This document shows, in pieces, positions 1 through 12,619 of a stretch of DNA of 64,000 nucleotides. Each line of letters begins with the position of its first letter. The first letter of the stretch is position 1. A model generated the notes under the pieces. That model saw nothing but the letters and a program-made list of their open reading frames with translations. It was not told the DNA's origin and did no database searches. The translations under genes and the position numbers were made by a program. The stretch is from Octopus sinensis (lineage: Eukaryota), in the NCBI RefSeq assembly GCF_006345805.1, contig NC_043019.1, forward strand, positions 21,327,360 to 21,391,359, written 5' to 3'.

Positions 1-79
1 CAAACGACAACAATAATATACCTTCAATAACAACAAAAATTATTATCTTAAAATATCTTTAGTAGTAGTAGTAGTAAAT

Positions 80-1360
80 CTTTCAACTATAGGTAGAAGG
101 CCTGAAATTTTAGGGGAAGTGGCTCGCTGACTATATCAACCCTAGTGCTCAACTGGTACTTGATTCAGGTACAAAGCCAGTAATTTTGAGGTGAAGCAGT
201 TAGTCAATACCACTGGCCCCAGAGCTTGATCTGTACTCCATTTTGTATACCCTCAGAGGGATGAAAGGCAAAGTTGATCCAGGTAGGATTTGAACTCAAA
301 ACATAAAGAGCCAGAAGAAATATTGCAAAGCATTTTGTCCAACATTCTGCCGCTCATTGCCTAAACAACAACAACAGAATTTCTAATTAATATAAGTAAT
401 AGTAACGATCTCAAATTTCGGTAGAAGGTGAGTAGTTTAGGGAAATGGGTTTAGTTGATTATATTGAACCCAGTATTTGATAAGTTCTGAAAGGATAAAA
501 GGCTAAGTTGACTTTAGTGGAATTTGAACTTGGAATGTAGAGAACTGAAAGAAATACTGCTTAGCATTTTTGCCTGATGCACTAATGCTAGCAGTAATAA
601 TAACAACAACAAATATCCTTATTTTGTTGTTATTATTAAGGTGGCAAACGGGCAGAGTTGTAACTGATCTAAACAAATGCCTAGTGGCATTTCTACAAGT
701 TTTGTGTATTGAGCTCAAATTTGCCTTTCATCCTTTTGGGGTTGTTAAAATAAATACCAGTTAAGAGCACTGGGGATCAATGTACTTGACTAGCCCCTCC
801 CCACAAAATTTCAGGCCTTGCACTTGTTGTAGAAAGAATCATTATTATTAGTTTTGATTCAGATTGTCAGATTACCCTTTTGATTAAATGATCAGCTATT
901 AAGAACACAGATACAGAATCTTTAATAATGGAATTAAAAAATAAAACCCAGCTTTTTCCTTTGTAATTAGACATATTGACATTTTTCAATTTTTAGATTC
1001 AATGAAGAATGAAAAATTATTGAAAACATAATTGTATAACTACAAAATTAAAATAACATAAATTAAATTAAATGATTTTTCCTTCTTTTATTCAAAAAGA
1101 ACTGAATATTAAATTGCACAATCAGAGTAATAATAAGAATTGTTTCAAATTTTGGCACAAGGCCAACAATTTTAAGGAGCGTGGGCAAGTGAATTACACT
1201 GAATCCCTGTGCTCAACTGGTACTTATTTTATTGGCTTCAAAAGGATGAAAGGCAAAACTGATCTTAGTGGAATTTGAACTCTTAACCTAAAGAACCAGA
1301 AGTTATGCCACTAAGCATTTTGACCAATGTGCTAACAAGTCTATCAGTTCACTATCTTAA
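80..1360. mobile_element. Cluster of four degenerate tRNA-derived SINEs of family B (~80-362 -, ~405-600 -, ~638-850 +, ~1135-1360 -)
   Basis: Shared core GCCTTTCATCCTTTYGGGGT.GATAAA..AAGTACCAG, B-box-like TTCTGAGTTCAAAT, and (TAA/ATT)n flanks. Boundaries approximate. Confidence 0.8.
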
Positions 1361-1674
1361 TAATAATTATAAGAGTGGCAGGGGATTTTCTGTTTTAAAA
1401 GGATTGTAAAACTGCTTCCATCTAAAGCTACTTGCTACAAATTGTGTGTGTTTCATGCAAAGAAAATCAAAAAGACAGAAGGTACAAGGGAGGGGAATTT
1501 ACAGAAGATGAATTAAGGTAAGAGGGAGAAAGAAGTTAGAATATGACGTGTGGTGGAGAGGGAAACAAAGTGATTGGAGTGACATTGTAGAAGAGCAAGG
1601 AGAAGTAGGAGAGACTAGTATTGTAACTAGTAGTGGGAAGAGGGAGAGAGAGGGAAGGCTAATTGTAGAAAGTG

Positions 1675-1906
1675 TATTTCTTTACTGCCCACAAGGGGCA
1701 AAACATAGAGGGGACAAACAAGAACAGACAAAGGGATTAAGTTGATTACATCGATCCCAATGGGAAACTGGTACTTTATTTATCGACCCCGAAAGGATGA
1801 AAGGCAAAGTCGACCTCGGTGGAATTTGAACTCAGAACGTAACAACAGATGAAATATGGCTACGCATTTCGCCCGGCGTGCTAATGTTTCTGCCAGCTCA
1901 CCGCCT
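1675..1906 (-). mobile_element. Young full-length tRNA-derived SINE, family B (octopus OK/OR-type; exact name not verified)
   Basis: On the minus strand it reads GGCGGTGAGCTGGCAGAAAC...GTTCTGAGTTCAAATTCC...GCCTTTCATCCTTTCGGGGTCGAT...GTGGGCAGTAAAGAAATA. Near-identical to copies at 43206, 60455 and 60885. Confidence 0.9.
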
Positions 1907-3629
1907 TTTATTGTAGAAAATGGTGAGAGAGAAATGGCAGAAGATAATGGGAGAGAGATACAGACAGAGATCACATTTGATGCTACAAGAGAAAGGATAT
2001 GATGTGAAGAGTAGTTGTAGAAATAATTGACAGTAAGAGAGCATGATTGTTACTTATGCAAGGACAATTGATATGAGAGAGAGAGAGAATGGCTAGGAGT
2101 TCAGATGGCAATAGTAAGAATGATGCCATCAAAACAAATGGTCTCAGCAAGAGGGAGTGATTGGCTGGCATTACAAAGGGGTAAGTGGAGAATAATAATA
2201 GAATCAATGCTATTCCTTGTTATTCAGGTATTGTGGAGAGGGTAGTGAGATAAGATGGCAGTAGAGGGATAGTGTAAAGATAGATCCAAATATTTTCCTT
2301 CATTTCAAGGGTGGCATGAAACAGTAAATGGGTTTAGAGGTGATGGGTAGCAGAAGACTAACTGGTGATAGGTGTCTGTGTGTGTATATATGTGTGTGTG
2401 AGATGAGGCTAAAGACAGCTCCAAATTTGAATACAGATGATAAGAGTAGAAATTCTTACACTCAAAATACCTTACATTAATTACTATTTAAGTTCATACA
2501 CCAAACTTTATGTATACTTCTGGAAATGGACTTATAAATCAAAGCAAGATAGAAGTAGGAAGAGTTAGTAAGCCTTGACAAAATCCAGAAAAGATGCATT
2601 AATATCTTTGGGACATCAGCACATCAATAATGAATCAATGTAGAAATGTTTATGATAATCAAAAATATGCTTTTATCCAGATTAATTATTATCCAATTTT
2701 GAAAGGCTTTTGATTCTATTAAATACAACTTCAGTATCACAGATAAGGACATAGAAATAATAATAAATACTACAAAGTAAATTATCTTCTGTAACAATAA
2801 TGTAAATAAAAAACAACAGCACAATATTGAACTTTTCGGCATAAACATTGGAGTCAGAGACTCAGCAGAAATCTCAAATTGGTTTATGTACTTTAAAACT
2901 TAAATCCCAATCTACCAGTGGTAGCATTTTTAGAGAAAACAATCAGTTTTCCATTGTTATGTTTTGGGATGGTATTTTAATTTTTTTGCCAAATAAATAC
3001 GTGCGCTATATATTTGCTCCTCATTTTAGCGCTTTATTATTGTTCTTATTTTAGTATCCTTTGTCTGAAATGTTTCATAACACATCTTGTAACCTCTTCC
3101 GCAACTCTCCATCCTTTCCAGAAATATTAATGAGCAACTTTAGATCAAATGATTCAATACAATATATAAATCTCAATTCCAACAACTTGACATATGTTCT
3201 CATAAATATACCTACAAATTTAGGTAAGAAAATATAAGCTATATTTAATTATGAAGCCTCATTTCAATAGAATAGCCCTATGTGTATAATAACAAACTAG
3301 CATCTAGCTGCTTCAAATAAACCATTTAGTTATCAGAGACAAAAACAGCTGAGTAAGGCTCATGTGGTATTTAAACAATGTTACAATCCAGATCGAAAAC
3401 ATAATCCTTGTTATTGTAAAACTACACTTTCCCCCAAGACATACAACAGGAAATTTTCTGCACAAACTTCCTCAAAACAAGCTATTCAACACTGACTAAA
3501 CTTCACTAAAATGCTATCACTCAGTAATAATTCTAATTATCAGAACACAAGCAATATTAGTTCCCTGAAAATAGAACAATAATTCACAGAATGAGAGATC
3601 AATAAAACAAAATAGCCTAGTAAAATTTA

Positions 3630-3746
3630 GTTATCTATGCAGCTACTGTCACATCTAACATAAACCAGAATGGAATAAATTACATTAGAATGAGAGCAAA
3701 TCAATTTAAGACAAGATATAATCTGCATAAATATATATTTAGAACA
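3630..3746. repeat. Unclassified interspersed repeat, second copy at ~8114-8229
   Basis: CAGCTACTGTCACATCTAACA...GGAATAAATTAC...GCAAATCAATTTAAGA...GCATAAATA...TTAGAACAC occurs at both sites. Confidence 0.7.
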
Positions 3747-5189
3747 CAGTATTTTGAAAATTAATGTCATAACCAACACAATTAAAAGCATCTTTCAGAC
3801 AAAGCAAAACCATATATAAAATCCAACTCTTTCAGCAGCATGTATGCAAATTTGGAAAGCAAACATTGAAACAAATAGAGTTAATGTTTTTTGCCATCAA
3901 AACAAACATACTTTGTAAGGTTTTACGATGGTATCCCACTAATGGTACTCTGAATTAGCAATGATACATAAACACATTTTTAAAAGACATTTTAGTGTTT
4001 TTCAGCATCTTATAGATCAAATAAGAAATAGGTTCAATTACTTTCCTATATTAGCTTGTTTACTCAAAGTTGCTTCTAAATTAATTACTAATAGACCACT
4101 TAAATACACATGCACAACATCCCATTATGTATCAGGCAATGAGAAACAGCATTTAAAAAACGTGAAACAATGATTGAATTATAACAGTGTTTTAATAATA
4201 AATTATATAGTTGGAATATGTAATAGTGAAAGTGTAAAATTTATCCTACATTACATGATAAACCATGTGTTAATAAAACCTTGTAGTGTAATGTGAATGC
4301 ATCATATTCAGCCCTTAACACACATATAGACAGTGATGGAAAGAAAAATTATACAGGTGGCAGTACTCCCTTACTTTTCAGCTCACAGAGGAGGGGCTTA
4401 CAACACTTAACCTTCATTTCCTCCCAACTTCTGCCTTACAAACATTTGTGAACCTCTATTTCCTATATGACACACACACAGTGAGGTATCTACAGTCAGT
4501 AGGGTCTATGTTCCTAATGTGCAGAGCTGAAGGAAATCTAACAAACATCTTACCTTGCTTAATCCTGTCACCAGCTTTTTTTGGGGTGTTTTAGTTAAGA
4601 AAAAATATATTAATGTTATTTTTTTTACAGCTTCTACATTGTTAAATATATATAGTAAATATACTATCTCCGTATTTGAAATACTTTTTGCATTGTTTTT
4701 AGCCTGATTTCCTTGTACTATATACATAGGCTATATATATATATGAACTAAAATCTGATTAAACCAGACCAATGGAAGAATCTCTACACGTTTGCTCAAT
4801 CTACTGACAATAACAATCAAATCCCACTCAAATTCCATTGCAACATATTTACAAAAGGAAGGAATCAAAGGATAACATAGAGCTAGATAGACTGTGACTG
4901 TAATAAAACAGTGGGATGGTCATGGCTGGATACTTGAAGTATCTCCTGAACTATGTTGATTTATAATTTTCAGGTCATGCAAAAAACTGGGTTTTGCTTT
5001 TCCTCTTCTGACTAATCCCCTGCTCCTCTAAGCAAAATCATTTAAAATGTTGTGTTTTGAGAACAGAATAAGATGTTATTAAATAGTCTGGCTCATGCAC
5101 ATAGGCTGATGAGGCCAGAGTTTATTTGGATATCTGAACATACAAGACATATCAATTAAACACACACACACACACACATATACATATAT

Positions 5190-6410
5190 ACCACAAAAAC
5201 CCATGTAATTTACGCACTTGTTTTTGCAAAAATAAAAATAAACTTTAGTGGGTGTGTAAATTACATGAATAGATCATTTCCAGAATTTTTTGAAATTTTT
5301 TTTACTTACAAAATGTAAACATTCATACCAGAAGTTGACTCATTTAATGCCAGGAAAGGTTTTTACAGAAAAAATAATGGCTTAAATATGAAGTTGCTGG
5401 ATGGTATAATGCTTCCTTTTTCTGTATAAATTTACAAAAACCATTAAATGGTTAACTACTTTTTAAAGTCTGACATTCATGCTGGTAAATACGGTCCAGG
5501 CCATATTTTACATCGCTTGGAGTTTTCTACCTATCACAATGGAGCACCATTGACAAACATAATGATATGGATATCCCTGACTGAAAAAAAATGTAATGAT
5601 ATGCATAATCTTGATTGTATGTTTTTTATTTTTATGTGTTTATTACTGGGCACAGTTTTAAGTTTGTTGTACTGTCTGCACTAATTTCGAACATTAAAGT
5701 GCCTTCTGGCAGCTCTATTGCCATGTTCAAATGCATATTCAACATATCTAATTTCTCCTTTGCAGTAAACAGTTCATAAGTTCTGCCCATACTGACAATA
5801 ACGGTAATAACAAATTTTAAAGTTTGCTCGACATTTTATAAGTGTGAAAGGGAATAAAGTTTCAATATTCCATATCAAAGGTTCTGACAAGAACAGGCTG
5901 AAAAGAATTTTGTTTACATAATCAGTTTGATCAGTCACCTTCCACTATCGGTTGAGTAAAGTGTCAGCCAAGCTGATGTTTATTGGTAATTAAACTTAAT
6001 TTGCAGCACCTGTGCATATTTATCAGTTTTATTTTTGTTGATAATACTTATCAACAACTTTTCCTGTTATCATGATTTAAGAAGACATACAGCAGTATGC
6101 TAAAGATTAGACATAATCTCTTGTGGGCAAGAAATGTATAATAAAGTTTATTATAAACAACACGAACACTTTGTAATTTAATAGCTTTCAATGTGATACC
6201 TGTTAAACAGAAATTACTTTTATCTAATGAAAATTTTATAAAATCTAATCATAAGTAAGTGAAATTATGCTAAATACAACTAAATTGAAAACCTTTTTCC
6301 CCTGGCTATATCGGGTGCAAATTTTACATGAGAAGCTTTTTTTAACAAATTTTATCCTGAAAATCACCTGCATAAATTACAAAGGTGCACAATTTACACG
6401 GGTTTTTATG

Positions 6411-6412
<2 letters not shown>
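5190..6412 (-). mobile_element. pogo-type (Tc1/mariner superfamily) DNA transposon relic with TIRs and a frameshifted Brinker-like DNA-binding domain
   Basis: Imperfect ~28-bp TIRs (taccacaaaaacccatgtaatttacgcac at ~5189-5217; gtgcacaatttacacgggtttttatggt at ~6385-6412), TA-rich flanks and subterminal repeats. Minus 5686-5790 gives FTAKEKLD + (frameshift) VEYAFEHGNRAARRHFNVR. Confidence 0.75.
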
Positions 6413-6449
<37 letters not shown>

Positions 6450-7557
6450 TCTACTGATATATATATATATATAATATATATATATAATTTTCTCTACTGA
6501 TATATATATATATATATATAATTCTCTCTACTGATATATATATATATATATCAGTAGAGAGAATTAAAACACAAAGTATTATATCAGCAATTGTGTTACG
6601 GGTAGTGGGGGAAGATAAAAGTATGGAAGAAAATTTGACTACATACCATGGGTTACAGTAAGGATGACAGGGGCAGAGGTGTCCTTCAGCATATTAACCA
6701 CTTCTGTATGGGTCAAACCCTTAGTTGACATTTCATTGACAGCCAATATCTGGTCACCAATCTAGAAAGATAAAGTAATACATATATATATAGGTTTTGC
6801 TATGTGGTCAAGAAGGTTTTGAGTTCAATCCGAATGCAAGTCTCTTCTGTTGTAGCTCCAGGCCAACCAAAGCCTTATGAGCAGATTTGTTAGGGGAAAA
6901 CTACAATAAGTCCATCATATATATATATATATATATGTACGTATGTTTATGTCTTTCTCTTGACATCACAGGGTAGTCGTAAATGAGTGTCACTGTCATA
7001 CAAACAGTGCTGTTCAGTTCCAATATTCTGCGAGAAGATGTCTGACTATGGGGAAATATTACCATGCTTGGAAACAAGTGAGGGTTAGTAATAGAAAGGG
7101 CATTTAGCTACAGAAAAACTGCCTTGTTAACCTCTGTCTGACCCATGTAAGAATGAAAAAGTGAACATTACATTCAATGATGATGATGATTATATATATA
7201 TATGCACTCAGGCACAAGATAAAGCTTGAATTAAAAGCACAAAGAAGTATATGTGTGTGTGTGTACACACACACACACACACAAAACACAACATGAGATT
7301 GTTTATAAAACATTTAGTTACATTCTTCTGTATCTTTCATTAACAAAGTGTAATTATTTATTTAATGAAATAAATTATATAACCAAACTACATTGTCAAA
7401 TCATCAGAGACATGTAATGTTGATATGTAATATTACTGATTTAGTGACATTGTTGTCATCACAAAGTAAGCAACCCTCCGTTTCTATTTAATAGGTTTTT
7501 GTGTTTTTAAATAACTGATGTGATTGCTTTAATATGGAATTTTTAATGAAATCTTAC

Positions 7558-7727
7558 CTTCAATTTTTCTGTAAGTGCTGCAGGGCCATTAGCATATAGA
7601 TTGGTTATAACAACTGGTGTGTCCCCTAGTGTACTGCCAACTCCACCTGCAATACTCAAGCCTAATGAGCCATTGCTGTCATGAGCCACTTCTACTATAC
7701 GTACATGGGAAATGTCTTCACTGGTAA
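7558..7727 (-). CDS. MPDZ: MPDZ-like coding exon: (V)TSEDISHVRIVEVAHDSNGSLGLSIAGGVGSTLGDTPVVITNLYANGPAALTEKLK (N-terminal half of PDZ12)
   Basis: Acceptor gggttgtag|, donor AAG|gtaaga. 170 nt, phase 1-0. SLG.SIAGGVGS.LGD.P matches MPDZ PDZ12. I found no further exon between 1 and 7557. Confidence 0.95.
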
Positions 7728-9112
7728 CTACAACCCGAAGCAAGAGACAATATCAAATTTATGTACATGCATTTTAGACAGATCAACATTTCATTTCAAA
7801 AATAATATCTGAAGGTCATGTTTTAAGGGTTTAAAGTTAACAGTAGTCATGATTTAACATTTAAGGTGAGAAAGTTAAAGACACTTTATGTAAAGACATG
7901 ATTACAATTAAAAGAATGTATAATTTCAAAAGATTTAAGATTGTAAATTATGTTAGATAGATGACACAGCAAGGTGATAGACATTAAATTTTCCAACTTC
8001 TGTGTAGTTGTTTTCCCCAAGGTTCTGAGTTCAAACCATATCATAATTGAATTTGTCATTAATCTTTAATTCCTCCAAAGATCAATAAAATGAAAAGAAC
8101 CTAGAAAAATTAGTTGTCTTTACAGCTACTGTCACATCTAACATTGACCTGAACGGAATAAATTACTTTAGTATGACAGCAAATCAATTTAAGATGAGAT
8201 ATAATCAGCATAAATATTTATTAGAACACCCTCAAAGAAGATTGATCATAAGTTTAGCAATGTATATATATGGACTTTGAATAACATATAATCTACACTA
8301 TCAATGACCCCTTTCTATATATTGTTATATAATTTAATTGCATAAATTCCTCCCATTAAAAACAAACAAATAAAACAAATAGAGCTACTTGCTTTGTCAA
8401 AGGATATTGATATGAACAAGTATAATTAAATCATAATATTTAAAATGGCTCCTGTTTAGTCACCGGTATTCCCCTTTGGTGTCAAAAGACTAATTAAGGC
8501 TCTGCAGATGAGAAGATAAAGTTACTGCTTATAAGATACAAAAACAATGAGGGTGTTAGAATTTTAATAAAGAAACCTGAATCCCAATAGCTATAGTAAA
8601 ATGTATTCTTGAAGGGAAAAGATGTTTTGCTTCTCTAGCATGAAATGGATAAGTTGATAAATCAGGCTGAACAGCTTCTCAGGGTTAAAATGATGTGTGT
8701 ATGTATGTACGTACATACATACATACGCACACACACTCCTTTGCAATTTACTCTTATGTGAACATATAATCCTTCTTCCCACCTGTGAGTGTGTGTGTGT
8801 ATGTGTGCACACATACACTGTTGAAATTAGCTAATCTATCTTGGCTGTTTCACAAAGACCTAACTTCTAGTGGTGGTGTATCAAAAGAAAAATAATAATT
8901 AGCATTAATGAATGGAAAATTGCTGCCAAAACTATTTCAGGAATGGGCAGCAGACAATTACCTCATATTAAAGAAGGACTGAGTGATATAATTATATATA
9001 TATATATATATGACTAACAAGTTCATCCTAATGAGTTCATACACTACTTTGTGGAGATTAATAATTTAAGAGATATAGATAGAAGCACAATTGGTGAGAC
9101 AAGATATTATAA

Positions 9113-9324
9113 CCCTTTAGCATTTAAACTGACCATATCCAGCCCAAATATTCTGCCTCTGATGTTCAAATTAGCCAGATCTGGCCTTTCACACCTACCC
9201 TACAATGCCATTTTAAAAATAAACTATCACATAATTGAAATCTTGAAGTTATAAGATAATGCATGGTTCATTCATGTGAATGAAGAAGCATTATAATTGA
9301 CAGAGTAATGTGAATGCTAAAGGC
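9113..9324. mobile_element. piggyBac-like MITE, degenerate, inverted relative to the copy at 34654
   Basis: ataa|CCCTTTAGCATT...AATGCTAAAGGC|ataa. The internal sequence is the reverse complement of the 34654-34873 element. Confidence 0.7.
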
Positions 9325-9837
9325 ATAAGCATCAGCTTGTAGAGGTTATTTGCAATTGTTAACATCGATAAGGTTGTGAAAAAACAGAGCTTGGCAAGAA
9401 TGATGGCATGTTCCACAGCTAATCCTTTGAACCACAGATTTGCTTGCCAGTTGCTTGACTGTAACCAGTTCAACACGGCTGACAATATGTGCATCTCAGG
9501 TCATAAACAGAAGTACTTGGGGAGCATCATAGATGTCTGATGAGAGCAATTCTTTGGGGGTTTGAATATTTCACCTTTGGAAATGTGGGTGTTTCATTCA
9601 TCATCCTTAAACAACCCATTTTCAGGGACCTTTTGAGTGAGATGGGCTCTCGACCTGAAGAAAATTCTAACTGGGCCCTACTTGTAAGATCGTGCACTGC
9701 TTATCTTAATATGAGGTCACCATATCATGCACATATGGTGTGATATATATGCTTAGTGTACTTTTATCAGGTGGGTATCTTGGGATTTGTATATTTATAA
9801 CCCAGTGTCATTTTGATGGCATATGCTGTTCTCTCTC

Positions 9838-10234
9838 TCTTTTACTTGTTTCAGTCATTTGACTGTGGCCATGCTGGAGCACCACCTTTAGTCAAAGAAA
9901 TCAACCCTAGGACTTATTCTTTGTAAGCCTAGTACTTATTCTATCGGTCACTTTTGCCAAAACGCTAAATTACGGGAACCAGCATTGGTTGTCAAGCAAT
10001 GTGTGTGTGTGTGGGGGGGGAACACAGACACACAAACACACACATATATATATATACATATTCATATATACAACAGGCTTCTTTTAGTTTCTGTCTACCA
10101 AATCCACTCACAAGGCTTTGGTCGGCCCGAGGCTATAATAGAAGACACTTGCCCAAGATGCCATGCAGTGGGACTGAACCCAGAACGATGTGGTTGGTAA
10201 GCAAGCTACTTACCACACAGCCACACCTGTGCCT
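9838..10234 (-). mobile_element. tRNA-derived CORE-type SINE, family A (octopus OR-type)
   Basis: Head GGCACAGGTGTGGCTGTGTGGTAAG..GGTTC.GGGTTCAGTCCCACTGC, CORE-like CTTGGGCAAGTGTCTTCT, central (TA/TG)n, tail GACTGAAACAAGTAAAAGAG. Confidence 0.9.
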
Positions 10235-10261
10235 ACACAGCCATTACTCGTTCAATAATCA

Positions 10262-10720
10262 TACTAATAATTGTTTCAAATTTTGGCACAAGGCTTGCAA
10301 TTTTAGGGGGAGAAGTTTAGTTGATTAGATTGACCCAAGCACTTGACTGGTACTTTATTTTATTAACCCTGAAAAGATGAAAGATAAAGTTGATTTCTAC
10401 AATGATTTGAACTTAGAATGTGCTAACGATTCTGCTAGGGTGTAGCCTTCCTAACAATTATAAGTCTTGTTGAATTTAATAATTAACAATAATATTAATA
10501 ATGATAATACTAATTCCTTCTACTGTAGATACAAGGCCTGAAATGTTGAGGGGAGACAGGGAGTCAATTACCCTGACCCCAGTATTCAATTGGTACTTAT
10601 TTCATTGATCCCAAAAGGATGAAAGACAAAGACTATAGGATTTGAACTCAGAACATAAAGATTCAGAAGAAGTGCTGCTAAGTATTTTGTCTAAGAGGCT
10701 AACAATTCTGCCAGCCTGGT
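10262..10720 (-). mobile_element. Two tandem degenerate family B SINEs
   Basis: tttcaaattttggcacaagg / tactgtagatacaaggcc tails, GGATGAAAG and ATTTGAACTCAGAA cores, separated by (AAT)-rich spacers. Confidence 0.7.
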
Positions 10721-11631
10721 GTATTAAGTACTGTTGAATAAAAGTCCCCATTTTGTAGTTGTGGAACATTTTGTATTAATGTAAGAAGTCCTATTTTGCT
10801 GATCACACCTACCATTGTAAAAAAAGAACAAAGTCCCACAAAATATTTAAAAGAAATATTAATTACAAATTTTCAAATTTTGACACAAGGGGACACAATT
10901 TTTGACACAATTTTGGGTCTTAATTGGTGCTTATTTTATTGACCCCGAAAGGATGAAAGCCAAAGTTGTCTTTGAATAAAAGTAATAGTTTCTTACAAAT
11001 TTAATGGAAATTAACAATGATATTAGTAATTACAATAATGGCAACAAAAGTTTAATAACTGCAAATCATGATACAAAGCAAGGTTAATTTTGCAATTCTT
11101 TGAGTTGAAGTCAAATCAAATGTGATTCTGAAAATTAAGTGTAAGAAAATTGCAAAACATAGAAACTGAAAAAAAGGTGAAGAATTCTTGATAATCATGC
11201 ACTACATATATACATATATGTGTGTACGTATGTATATATATGTGTGTGTATGTACTATGTTCATATATAATATTATATAAATATAATATGTATATAAAAC
11301 CAACACAAATATACACAACCACATCCATCCATCCATACATATATATATACACATACATATATATACATACATACATACATACATACATGTATACACATGC
11401 TGAAAATCAATGTTTTCATGCAGACAACGCATGGCATGTCCATAGGTAATTACTGTTACTGACAAGAACTAATGAAAATCATCAACTAACAACAACATGC
11501 AACCCAATATGTACATACCAAATTTATTATCATGCAACAGCCATACACACACACACACACGCAGTGTGTGTGTGTATATATATGTATGTATATGTATGTT
11601 TATATATATGTATGTATGTATATGTTTATAT

Positions 11632-11678
<47 letters not shown>

Positions 11679-11809
11679 ATGTATGTATACATACATATAT
11701 ATATAAAAGTAACTCTATATCATAGCAAGGCTGATGGTTATTCTACAAGAAATTCAATAACATCCATCAAAACATTCATAGAAAATTAGCTTTCTGAAGA
11801 AAACATAAG

Positions 11810-11810
11810 G

Positions 11811-11866
<56 letters not shown>

Positions 11867-11900
11867 AAGATAGATAGATAGTGTGTGTGTGTGTGTGTGT
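11810..11900. repeat. (GATA)n followed by (GT)n microsatellite
   Basis: Seen directly. Confidence 0.95.
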
Positions 11901-12117
11901 TGGAAATTGTGATCAACTATAGCCACATACAGACCAATGACACTGAATACTATAGATAAGGGGAGTTTAAAGTTAAAAGATTCATATGGAATAGTGCCAT
12001 GTGATTACTCAGTAGTGTTGGGTTTATGTAGAGTAATATTATGTAATTATAGTACTGTTGAATTTAGATAGGGTAGTACTGTGTGATTATATAGTTTTGT
12101 TGAATATATGTAGAATA

Positions 12118-12422
12118 CAACGTAAAGTATACTAGCCATCTTAATATGGCTAACCACTAAGGGTGGGGGGTGTTACTGTAGCTTTTTAGCCCCAGGAGAT
12201 CATCGTCTCCAGCTGGCTTTAGACACAATCCTGTGCCCTTTAATGATATTCGCAAAGGGAAGTGCACAGGATTGTGTCGAAAGCCAGCTGGAGACGATGA
12301 TCTCCTGGGGCTAAAAAGCTACAGTAACACCCTCCCACCCCTAGTGGTTAGCCATATTAAGATGGCAAGTATACTTTACGTTGTCGAGCGCTTACTCTTT
12401 ACATCTCGCTCAGAGATTTATT
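12118..12422. mobile_element. Hairpin-plus-tail insertion with 12-bp target-site duplication (probable non-autonomous Penelope-like element)
   Basis: Inverted arms 12118-12236 and 12264-12383 with a few mismatches, 39-nt unpaired tail, ATATGTAGAATA repeated at 12106-12117 and 12423-12434. Confidence 0.7.
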
Positions 12423-12619
12423 ATATGTAGAATAGTCCTATCTAAATTAATTTAGACGGATTATACTTCGTTCCAGCTATTTCACTCCACTAAAATTGAT
12501 GACAAGGTCCCCATTTTGTAGCTGTGGAACATTTTGTATTAATGTAAGAAGTCCTATTTTGCTGATCTCACCTGCCATTATAAAAAAGAACAAAATTCCC
12601 CCAAAATATTTAAAAGAAA

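Noticed and set aside
3070-3145. Minus-strand peptide LKLLINISGKDGELRKRLQDVL*
   Set aside because: No PDZ similarity and no convincing acceptor.
4554-4574. 21-nt micro-exon candidate (minus) with strong donor CAAG|GTAAGA; one frame reads GDRIKQ, like the expected next PDZ12 residues
   Set aside because: The acceptor is purine-rich (AAAAAAAG) and the GDRI frame is phase 1 while the upstream exon ends in phase 0. Probably chance; junction reads 7558->4574 would reopen it.
9330-9500. Possible L1/Tx1 ORF2 C-terminal remnant (HAIILAKLCFF)
   Set aside because: Similarity too short and weak to support.
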